64,000 nucleotides of DNA, from positions 806,001 to 870,000 of the forward strand of contig CAJFCJ010000017.1 of the NCBI GenBank assembly GCA_904063045.1. Direction: 5' to 3'. The translations under genes were made by a program, and so were the position numbers. The DNA comes from Dimorphilus gyrociliatus. Taxonomy: Eukaryota; Animalia; Annelida. Below the pieces are notes generated by a model. It was not told the DNA's origin. It made no database searches and saw only the letters and a program-made list of their open reading frames with translations. How positions within the stretch are numbered: the stretch's first letter is position 1; every line of letters begins with the position of its first letter. Positions 53,233 through 64,000 of this stretch are shown here, piece by piece.

Positions 53233-55219
53233 TCACATACCAGGAGTTTTTCCGCCAAGTACATCTATAAGATGTTCGTTATAGTTTCTGAGCATGCCAT
53301 CAACTCTTTTTGAGACTGGCCTTATATCAGTTTCATGGCTTTTGGACGCTATAAACTCTTTAACGACAAAGTTGTTTTGCTCTAAATGTTGCCACTTTCT
53401 TTCCAAGTTAAGGAGCTGAATATGGGTTTCATTATCATTCAACTGAGTCCTCAAACCATCATAATCGCTTGACACATACACTAAAGCTCGTCGGAGGCTT
53501 TCACGACGTTTATATAAATTAATTTTGTCTTCTCCCAGTTGAAGTTTTCGCTCTTCTGCTTCGCGTTTTAGGCGATCTAAGTCCTGATAGATTGTCAAAT
53601 CATCATCCATACGAGATATTTGTTCTTTTAAATTTGCCAATTCAGAAGTAATTTTGTGCTCTAATGTCTCAACCTTTTCCAAATCTTCTTGTAATTTCTG
53701 GCTCTCCATGGCTAGGCTTGAAGCGGTTGTTTTTGACTTTTTCATTTCGTCTTCCTTCAGACCTAAGTCTTCTCTCATAGCAGTCAATTCTTGAGTACTT
53801 GGTACGTGACCTACCGCTTGCATATCTCCAGACATAGAATTTAGTATAGTTACAACATTCTGTTCAAGCATGCCAATCCTATCGAATTCTTGTTGTTTGG
53901 TGTCTTCAAAAGAAGATAAGAATTCATTCATTGTTTCTTCTCTTTTCTTTAACTCCCTGTATTTTTGGCTTTTTGCTCCCTGATTCTCTTCCAAATCTTG
54001 ATCAAGTTGCTGTATTTCGCTCTGAATGTTGCTTATGCGATCTCTTAAATCGAGTGTTTGTCTTTCCATAGCAGCAATTTCCTGGTTATCTTCTTTAACT
54101 TGTTTTAACAATTTTTCTCTTTCCTCTTGGGGTGACAAACGACTTGAGGTCTCAGTTATCAACTGATCTCTCTTTTCCTCTAGATCGTGAAGTTGCTCAT
54201 ATAATCTTACAGCTTCTTGTTTGACAGGAGAACTTGTCAATTCCTCATCTAATTCCTTACGTTTTAGAGACAATTGATCCAAGTCTCTTTGGCTTAACTC
54301 AAGCTGTCTTATGAGATGCTCATTAATTTCTTTGGATCTTATATATTTTTGTTTCATATTTGGTGGCATATCGGCTACCATGTTGTCAGCCATACTTTTT
54401 TCTTGTCGTAGTTCCAGTTCAAGAGCGGAAATTTGTTCTTGCTTCTTTTGTTTTTGTTCGAACAATGCATCTAGCACTTTACCCTCTCGTTCGTTTCCCG
54501 CCTTGATATCTTCGTAATCAATCTGAATATCATTTATTGATTCTTCTGTATTTAATTTATCTACTAATGTATTATAGTCTCCTAATTCTCGTTGACATTC
54601 TTTAATCTCTGCGGCTAAATTTTCAGCCCTTTTCTCATAGGTTACATAAGTTGACTGGTCCTCAACTGTCTTATCAGCCTCCCTTTGTAAATTTGATATT
54701 TCGCTGGATAGTTCCTGATTTTTTGTTCTCAGTAGGCCAAGAAAATACGTTCTATCTTTAACCAGGCGTTGATTTCTTCGAGGTCCTACAGCGGTCTTCA
54801 TTCCACCAAGACCTTGCTTTGTCATTGGTCTATCTGCAACTCTCACCTGAGAACTTAATGCAACACCTCCCCCAGATTCCTGTCCTCCTCCTCCTCTAGC
54901 AGTTCCAGGAGCCTTTAAGAAACAATATGAAGAACAATTATATATGCTTATATTTAAAGAGAAGACTATAGAAAAATGAAGATAGATAGTATACCATTCC
55001 AGTTGTCAGCCTTGTGGCAGTTCCGGGAGCACGACCTGCTCCTCTACTAGCTGGTCTGCCTGATGATGATGGAGGAATATTCCTATGTATAAATAAATCA
55101 TTAATTTTTAAAAGCCAAGTCTATAGATGATTTCAAACTGATTAAAAATAAGGTAATCGAATAAGAATATTAAATTTAATCGTTTTCTTTTAATAGAAGT
55201 GCTATATATCAACTTACAT
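53233..55219 (-). CDS. IFT74: Intraflagellar transport protein 74
   Basis: GRPASRG, VADRPMTKQGLGGMKT, DRTYFLGLLRTK, LERKWQHLEQNNFVVKEFI. The start codon is assembled across intron 55217..55083. Confidence 0.95.
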
Positions 55220-56532
55220 TATTTTTTTGAAAGAACGAAATTCGAACCGGAAATTCCAATGTTGCCAGAAAACAGTTTAACTTGTATCTAGGTTTAACTA
55301 AAACTCGGCCGTAATAAGACAAATGTTATAGCGTAAAATTTTAGTGCTACCCTCTAAAGAGGGTCAAGGTCAACCACAGCTAACTTCCGTTCATTATGCA
55401 ACCTAAGCATAAAAGTTCACTCTAGAATTTAAAAGGAAATGTAGAAAGTCAACAAAAACAAAGCAAATATCTATTTTTACAACCAATTGTCAATTAATTA
55501 ACAAAATATTTACTTCAATATAATAATAGAAAAAAGGGAAATCTCATAAACAAGTTATTTATTACGTAGAAAACATCTATGAAAGGAAAGATGGCTTTAA
55601 TGAGATTGTAAAAATAGTACTCATATAGATTAATATAGTTAATCTGAAGTATTTAAAATATGTCATAAAATTAAAAAGTCATTGAAATATTAAAATCACA
55701 CAAATCAGAAAGTGAATAGTTTCGAATAAATTAACTCAATTAACGAAATAAACTAAATAATATTATTCATAAAAAATTGTTTACAACTTTGTTTGATAAC
55801 AAAATATATAGTTATAAAAGAAGTGTAGCATTAATTCATGAATGTCACGTATCGTATCCGCTTTATTTTAGTTATTAAAAGAAAATGTTTCTTTCATACA
55901 AAATGAAAAAAAAAACAGCTCATTTATTCCCAAGTTAAATATAAACTTAGTATTTTCAAAGCGATTATATTGGAAAAATTAGATGCAAATATGATACTTT
56001 TACAAAATGTCATAGAAAATATTCTTTATGGAAAAATTCGAGAAAAGAATTACTGTTTCCTTTTAAGGATCATCTTGCATATCAGATAAAACTGACTTTT
56101 TTAAAATAAGGTCTTTTTTTATTTTAGAAGACGATTTACTTTTCTGTTGAGATAATATCGATCTTTATATATATATATATATGAGTTTTGCATTTCTTCA
56201 AATATTTAAATTGATTGACAAGGACCATTGAAGGGTATAACCTGGACTTTTTGCATAGAACTCAATGAGTCTGACTTTCTTTTATGAAATCATTGGCTCA
56301 CTGACACTTTGACAAAATCTATTAATGCAAGCAAGCAAGTCTCAATACTTAAAGCTTGCATTTCCGGTTAATATCTAATTCCAAAGCCGAGTATGGCCTT
56401 TTATTCAACACCAGATGTCAGCGCTATATCCTTTTATTCAATTCAACTGTTTAATATAGTATAAATCTTAATAAATTCTATGATACGGGACTCGCCTTAA
56501 AGAGTAAAATTTGTAATTGTTTAAAATAAAAA

Positions 56533-57933
56533 ATGGAATTAAACGGTAAAAACAGGCTCTCGTCTAATATGACTGACATAAGGACGGATGCTCTTGCCAA
56601 GTCAACGGCTGGTCTTGGTGTTAGTGAGGCACAATTAGAGAGGGAAAGGATGGCTATGAATGAAAAAAACACTGCATACAGGCCAAACTTTTTTAATGAT
56701 GAAGAGAGTAGAAATGTCCTTAAATCTATTAGCAGAACATTCAAGAAGTTTGAATTAGCTAAAAGATTAATAATGGTAAATATAGACAGTGTTAATAACT
56801 AATAATATTTATATTTAATTAAAAATAACTTCGTACAGAGTGAAGGAGAAAGAATGAAAAGATATGCAAATGATCGGTTACTTTTATCCTCAGATATTTG
56901 CACATATTCCAAGATTTTAGATGGACTGATAATGAAGGAAGAAAATTTACTAGACAAGCAGGGCTTGTCCTTCGATTACATAGAATTTTTAGATGAAATG
57001 GGAAAGGATCAAATACATAATCCAATGATGCAAGGCAGAATGTTTATAACAAACTTCCGTTTTATACTAATTACTTGCGAGCAATTAAAAGGTGCTTGAT
57101 TTGTTTTAATACCATATGAAGTAAATCTGTCTTAAGGTAATTTGTATTTATGTTAGTTTGTTTACCTGCTTTTTTTTTGCTTAGGAACGATTCTATCAAG
57201 GTCTAACACTTCAAAAGCTAGAAGAGAAATTTACGAAATATCGTCTTATTTAAACGACGAAGTTCACTATAAAAGTATAACTTTAGATGAAATTGCTGAC
57301 ATAGAAATTCATTCGAGAACGGGAGGTAGAGCCGAAACTGAATTAAGGTCGAAAAAGAGACACTTCCGACCGTGGAAGAGTAAAGAGAAATGGGGATATT
57401 GGAAAACTGCTAGAGAGGGTGTTGAATATTCTGAGAAAGTTTTAGTAATATCCTCTAATTTAAGGCCGTTTGATGAAAGATGTCTTATAAATATTCATGT
57501 TGATGAGAATATGGATATAGGGAAATTAGCATCCTATGCAGCTTTCCTGCAAAGAAACTGTCTAAGATTAAGCGAAATGATACCGAGAATGATGAGCAAC
57601 GAAGAGGTAGATGATTTCAAAAAAATGTATGATACTTTACCCCTTATTAAAAAAGAGGAAAAGAAAGAAAACACGGAGGAAGAAAAGCGTAATAGTAGTG
57701 AAAGTTTAAACTCTATGGAACCGGAACAATCAAACGAAAGAGAAGATGAAGAAACTGATAGAGAAAATAATAATGTCGAATACGTTGCACGCGAACCAAA
57801 GAAAGTGGAATCATCAAAAATAACCGATTCAATTACAAAAGAAGGCAATGAAGCAAATAACGAACATTTTTCCAATATAGCAAATGTAGCACAAGATAAC
57901 TTAAGATTTATTATTCGTAACAAAGGAAAGTAG
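56533..57933 (+). CDS. Uncharacterised protein with a PH/GRAM-like segment and an acidic low-complexity tail (3 exons)
   Basis: Exons 56533-56775, 56839-about 57091 and about 57186-57933 join in frame. MQGRMFITNFRFILI resembles the GRAM/PH core G-x-L/M-Y/F-I-T-N-x-R. Confidence 0.7.
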
Positions 57934-58291
57934 GTTGTTAATAAAAAATTTATGATCTTTCGTTATGAGTATTTGTAGAGATAGAATTTCTTGTGATGAA
58001 TAAAGTGGTTTGTTGCTAGTTATTTATATATAAAAAAGTATAAAACATGGTTTTTTTTAATTATTGTATAATTTAAACATTAAAGGAAATATATGATGGA
58101 TTATTAACGTTCGTTAGAAGAAATATCTAGATTACTTTCCGTTAATCGATTCAAACGAATCGACGAATACCGACAGAAAGATTCCATTGTTGAATTTATC
58201 GATCGATTCGTGATGAGTCACAAACTGAAAAGGCTGTATCAACTACACACGAAAAAATATGGACGGATTTTGATCGTGCTAAAAAGCAGGA

Positions 58292-58849
58292 ATGAATTTC
58301 TTTAAAAAGCCAAAATCGATCAATAAGGATAATGATGAAGAGATCAAGCTGCCGAGCACTTTTATAGTCTCCTACCTCGGCTATAAAGAAGTTTATGGAC
58401 ATCAACGTATGAAACAGTGCGTGTCAGAGTTGTTCAATGCCTACGACAGACGGAAATCAGTGACTATAGTTCTTAATTTAACATTAGAGGATATGACAGT
58501 CAGTCTTCATCATTCTAGTCCCATAAAAGAAATTGATGACACCCTAAAGGAACCTATACCTATTCAATTCATATCTTACGTTTCACAAGATTATGATCAT
58601 CAAAATGTATTCTCTTGTCTTGTGGTAAGGGAGTTGAGCTATACAAAAAAGAAAGTAGAATGCCACTCGTTCTTATGCGATAGCGAAGTAGAAGCCATCC
58701 GCTTAGGAAAGACATTTAGAAAAGTTTTCGAATTATTTGTTTCTTCGGTAAAGGGTGAATTTCAATTTAAAGTTGATCTACAAGAGGAAGTAAATAAGCA
58801 AAACGGAAAGAGTGATACGAAAAGTAAACATGAAGAAGCCGATGCATAA
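58292..58849 (+). CDS. Single PTB/PID-domain protein, intronless CDS
   Basis: F.V.YLG at the start (FIVSYLG), IQFISYVSQD...NVFSCLV, ECHSFLC...AIRLGKTFRKVF: the canonical PTB pattern. Confidence 0.85.
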   Translation: MNFFKKPKSINKDNDEEIKLPSTFIVSYLGYKEVYGHQRMKQCVSELFNAYDRRKSVTIVLNLTLEDMTVSLHHSSPIKEIDDTLKEPIPIQFISYVSQDYDHQNVFSCLVVRELSYTKKKVECHSFLCDSEVEAIRLGKTFRKVFELFVSSVKGEFQFKVDLQEEVNKQNGKSDTKSKHEEADA

Positions 58850-59355
58850 ATTAAATTATCCTACCTTTTTTTTTCTATTTCATAGAAATATAAAAATCAA
58901 TATACGTAAACAACTGAAGTTGTATTTTTCATTTTTCGATTGAACAGTACATCTTTTTTCTTTATTATCTTTTGCCTTTTATCCTTTTGTTACTTTTTCT
59001 TAGTCAAATAAAAATAAAAATCATGAAAAAATTCAACTTTAAAAGAAAGAAAGAAATAAAAAAAAAATCAATTTTTTCAATTATCAATTAGTGTAAAAAA
59101 AAAGCGAAATAACTACTAGTTAATTGACCTACATTTTTTTTAAATTAATGATTAAATGATTATTTTTTTTTTTAAGAAAAAAATTTCCACAATAACTAAT
59201 TTTGTTTTTATAATTCACGATTTTATGAATAGAAGATATTGAAGTATAAAGTGATGATAAAATCTGTACAGTTGGTGTTTTATTAATAAGAATATAATAC
59301 CTTTATTATTAATTAATTTGCTATTAATATATTACGTAGTATGCGCATAAAAATA

Positions 59356-59374
59356 ATATATATATATATATATA
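59356..59374. repeat. (TA)n microsatellite
   Basis: Perfect dinucleotide run; similar runs at 51446-51464 and about 56166-56181. Confidence 0.9.
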
Positions 59375-60307
59375 CTCGAGAGAAAAGTCTTTGAAGATCA
59401 GCTCATAGAGTGAAAAGACAGAAAGAAAGAGTGAGAAAAATTGAATATGATTATTTATGTTTCGTCCAAAAAAAGAGAATGTTAAATATAGAAAATCCAT
59501 TGAAATTCTTGAATAGTTTCTTAAAGCGGTATTACGTAGGTCCTCTATTCATATTAAATTTATAATTCCAGGTAATTTTAGTGCAATTTCATTTTTCTTC
59601 ACACTTGTTTAACGTATTTCTTTCTAACTAACTAAAAATGTCCAAAGTCAAAAACGCATTTCCCGTAACAAATTCAAGATTTACATTTCACAAAAACCTC
59701 CTAGGATACTTCCGGGAATGGTCGATAATGTTTCTCTTAATTACTCTTACAACTGAATTATTAATCAAGTATCCTTCTTCAAATGTAATATTGGAGAGTT
59801 GTCTTTCCTCTAATTCTAGTTTGTTCTATTGTTGGTTTCTTTAAACTTTAAAAATGCGATAGGATCATATAGGCCTTTCTCCCTAGTGACCTTCCGGCAA
59901 TTAATATTTTGAAAATTCAAATAAAGTGAACCTATTTTGCACTTATTGACTTATCTTAGGTTTCTTGAGATTGTCCAAATAATTTCCCGAATAATTTACC
60001 TAAATAAATTTTATATTATAGTACGAATGTATTGTCTATTAATCTCTTCCATATCTAGGGTACCTTTAATAAATAAAATGAGCAAATGTACTTAAAACGT
60101 ATTCAAACACAAAGAGGTTCTACAGTCCCCTGATTAAGATACTGTGGGGGAAGAGGGAGGAGCTTGTAATTATGTCTACAAACATACTACAATTTACGCA
60201 AACTAACGTAAATATGAATATTTATGATCTATATTTGTAGAATATACATCTCCATAATCGTCTTGTGCGAATAAAAATAGAAACATCTCACGCATTTCCT
60301 CAGGCAT

Positions 60308-60351
60308 TGACGTCATTGACAGGGAAATCTCAACTGGCGGAGTACCGGAAG
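60308..60351. promoter_or_regulatory. CRE (TGACGTCA) plus ETS-type motif upstream of BRE1
   Basis: TGACGTCA at 60308-60315 and ACCGGAAG at 60344-60351. Confidence 0.5.
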
Positions 60352-60606
60352 CTCAGTGGTCTCGTTTTGATATCAAAATTTGCTATACCGATTTTCAGAT
60401 GAAGTGTGAGTAGAAATAAAAGCATTGTTCAACAGAAAAAAGATTCCCTTGAATCACTCCAGATGAGCAGTAAAGCCAATCTTCGGTATTTGCTATTTGA
60501 TCGCTGCAAAATTCTAAATTTCGAGCGGTTCCATTCGTTCGCTCGACGCTATTTTTAATCCTTAGAGAATATTCACTAAAATTTGCTTTTTATAACCTTT
60601 TCCAGG

Positions 60607-63598
60607 ATGGCCAAGAGACCAGCTGGTGGGTCTTCGATGGCTGTGCCATCACCACCATCTAAGCGTCCTCTACATGTTCAAATAGACCCTATGAAATTAT
60701 CCGTAGCATCCATTGTTCGTAAATCAATTAAATATTATATTGCAATTGTTAATTAATAAATAACCCAACAGGAAGAACTAGACATCAATGTTCTACAGTT
60801 TCAAAATAGGAAACTAGCTGATAAGCTTCAATTTCATAGAAAGCAACAGGATGAATCCTGTAAACGGATTGATCAGCTTGAACAACGGCAATCGCGAGAC
60901 GATGCTGTTCTATGTATCATTAATCGTTACTGGAATATGCTTGATGATAACGTTGGTATTCTCTTAAAAAGATTCGATGCTCAGACGGCCGATGAAGCAG
61001 AACAAGAAAAGCAAATGAAGTCAGTTACCTCTTTTATCGCTCAATTAGGTGAATGGGATCAACAAGAAATGGAAGATAAACTCTATCAGCGAGTCGAATT
61101 GTCAAAAAGATATATAGGAAAACTACTGCAAGCATATGATCGGTTGGTACAGCATCACACTAAAGTTTGGGATGTGCTTAAGGATGAAAAGTGTCCGGAG
61201 TCTTTAGTAAAGAAATATATAGAAAGTGAAAAAGAAAAAGAGGACGACGAAAAGAAAGAGAACGAAAAAGAGGAAGAAAGTGAAAAAGAAAAGGAAAAGG
61301 ACGAAGAGGATGACAAAACCAAAGAAAAGAAAACGGATGATGAAGATAAGGTAAAAGTCATAAAAGAGTACATTGCAGAAGAAATGATCAGATTACGGAA
61401 AGAGAATGTGAGATTACATGAGTTAACAACAGGTTTGTGATCTTTAAAGAGAAAAAGTCTTATATATATAAAAATATTTTATATTTTATAAAGAGTTACA
61501 CCAACGTCATCATGAAACTGAGTCTCGTCAGAGTGCCCTTATTGATAAAATGTCGGCTGCAGAAGCGGAAGCAGCCGAATTGAAGCAAAAAAATGATGAG
61601 TTGGAATACGATTTAAATGCAGCTAGCGAGCAAATATTTAAATTGGAACGCTGCTTAGAAGACAGTGCTAGGAAAATACAAGCTCTCCAGGAAGGGTTTA
61701 CAAAAGTAGAGCCTACAGTTGTTGTAGACAATGTAAACCAAAATGTTGCTAAACAAAAAGAAGAAGATCAGAAAGAACTAGAGGAAGCTAGAGAATTATC
61801 AAACACTCGTCTGCTTGAACTAGAATCTTTACAGTTGAGTTATGAAAACGTTGTGAAGGAAAGGGAAAACTTGAAAGCTCAATTAGCAGATATTCCCGAA
61901 GAAATAATAAAAGAAACCACAGAATATAAAACTCTCCACTCTCAATATTCCGTTCTTTACAATGAATCATTACAAATAATGACGAAATTAGAGGACTCCG
62001 TGAGGAGAACTCACATGCAATACAATCAACATCAACGTCAAATCGAACAAATGGAAAGTGAAGAACTGCAATACCAAAAGAAAATGAGAACTGAAATGAT
62101 GAATTTAGAGGAGCAAGTTTGCATTGTTAGAAAAGATAACGAACTCTTAAAACAACAAAACGAACAGATATCCGCAAGCACAGAGCAATTGGGGCCCATC
62201 AATCGTGAAATGAGACAATTAATATCTCAGTTAAGGACTCATAGTGATCAACAAAAAACTGAGATTGCGCGTTATAAGAAAAAAGTTCGTGAGTTACAAT
62301 ATCGAATTGAAGAGATACAACAAAATGCCCAAGAAGCCTCAAATATTATCAGCGAAGAAATTATGCCAATGAAAACCGAACCCGAGATAATAGAACAACA
62401 GAGCTCACCGCCAGAGCCAGGCGAAACAAGAGACGACGGAGAAGTTGAAGAACCAGATGACGATGAAAAGGATTCCAAGTCTTCTATAACCCCCGAAAGA
62501 GTATCTTTGTCGAATGATAGTGAATCTGATTTAAAATCTCAATTGAAAGCTGCTCTCGATTCAAATAAAGAGTTGAAGTTATTGCTAGATACATTCAAGG
62601 CTGCTTCTAAGGAAAATAGAGATAAAGCAACACTAATGGCTGGAGAAAAGAGAGCAAAACAAGAAGTTGAAGAGCTGAAAATGATTATTAAAAAATTAGA
62701 GAAAGAAAATCATTCGAGTAGATCGAACCATTCAGACTCAAATATTGATCATGAACAATTAGCAAACAAAAATAGAAAGATTGCACACATGGAAAAGCAA
62801 ATAGCCAATTTAAAAAGTGATTTGCAAGCTAAAGAAGAGCAAGAAAATGCTCTATTGAGTGAAATGGATGTTACTGGGGAAGCTCTAGATGAGACCCGAG
62901 ACCAAAATTATCGTCTTTTAACAGAATTGAAAGAAAAAGATGATGCCAATATAAATTTAATGTCTGAAAGGCTAAAAGCTCAACAAACCGTTCGATTGTT
63001 GAAAGAGGAGAAAAAACAATTAGCTGAAGAGATACAAATTCTTGCTCAGCAATTAGATGCTCAAAATGAAGTTGTTAGAAGTTTGGAAGAGAAAGAAAGA
63101 GGACTCATAGCAACTTTAACATGCTACGAGAAAGAAAGTAATACGAAACAAATGGCACTTGAAAATCAAAAACGCAAGGCAGTTGAATGTTCTCAAGCAG
63201 CTGCCGATTTAAAACTACAAGTAGAAAAATATCAGACTCAACTAAAAGAAGCTCAAGTTGCTGTTGCGGAGAAAACAACTGTCCTCGAACGGGAAATGTT
63301 TAAGCATAAACGACTAAAAGAAGAAGTTGCTAGTTCAAGAAAGAAATTAGAAAGAGCCAAAAAGATAGAGCAAGCTAGTTCAGCCGACGAAGTACTTATG
63401 GAAGAAATAAAGGAATATAAAGAGCAATTAACTTGTCCTTCTTGTAAAGTGAAAAAGAAAGATGCTGTCCTAACAAAGTGTTTTCACGTTTTCTGTTTGG
63501 ATTGCTTAAAAGTTCGATATGAAACAAGGCAACGTAAATGTCCAAAATGTAACGCAGGCTTTGGAGCCCATGATTATCATCGTCTATATTTGACTTGA
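60607..63598 (+). CDS. BRE1: E3 ubiquitin ligase BRE1 (RNF20/40)
   Basis: LQFQNRKLA, IINRYWNMLD, long coiled coils, DDANINLMSERLK, C-terminal RING CPSCKVKKKDAVLTKCFHVFCLDC...CPKC. Confidence 0.97.
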
Positions 63599-64000
63599 AA
63601 AAAATGTATTTTGTGAATATGATTTTAGTTGTGTAGACAAGATTTTAGACTTAAACAGTATCCTTCATACAAGTTGTATACCGTTTCTGTCTATGTTAAC
63701 AATTTCTTTCATGTATATATTGTAAACAATATCATTCGCATAGATTTAAATAAATTAACAAATTAAATATATAGGATTGTAAGTATGTATACATTCTATA
63801 CGTATTCAATTAAATCATCGCTCCCAGCAGTACATGCCCCTTTGCTTATGGAGAACGGTAATTAATATAAACAAAGGAAGAATAATCTACAATGATAATG
63901 GTTCCTTTTGTTTTTTTGATTAGTTTCATACTAATTGAGTTAAAGTAAATTAAGCAACTGAGTTCAAAGAGACTTCAGAGTAATCATATCGGGATAATCT

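Noticed and set aside
61200-61370. E/K/D-rich repeat-like tract in BRE1 (similar acidic tract in SKIV2L at about 25620-25760)
   Set aside because: Ordinary low-complexity coding linkers, not discrete repeat elements.

Overview
Eukaryotic, AT-rich, very gene-dense window of a compact animal genome. It holds about 25 protein-coding genes with mostly 40-100 nt GT-AG introns and often only 140-500 bp between neighbouring coding regions. By inference this is a miniaturised invertebrate, e.g. an annelid such as Dimorphilus; the species is not provable from the sequence. Genes in order: a multi-module SRCR/PAN/C-type-lectin protein (runs off the left edge), CCDC171, BIN3, TXNDC11, GGA, DDI1/2, GNL3, RUSF1, SKIV2L, a TMEM53-like hydrolase, DDX28, NUDT21, a MAPEG (MGST1/PTGES-like) enzyme, TMEM184B, MND1, NUP85, an orphan membrane ORF, TRNT1, TRMT1, TBC1D15/17, SLC30A9, IFT74, an uncharacterised PH/GRAM-like protein, a PTB-only protein and BRE1. 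I saw no tRNA, rRNA, CRISPR array or transposon. Strongest hidden signals: (1) a tandemly duplicated exon in DDI that could give mutually exclusive or truncated protease isoforms; (2) a lectin-like gene built from repeated SRCR-PAN(-CTL) modules, whose second module the ORF track misses; (3) TRNT1 and TRMT1 head-to-head; (4) an intron splitting the IFT74 start codon; (5) orphan or candidate small genes. All exon boundaries and family calls were made by eye, without database searches.
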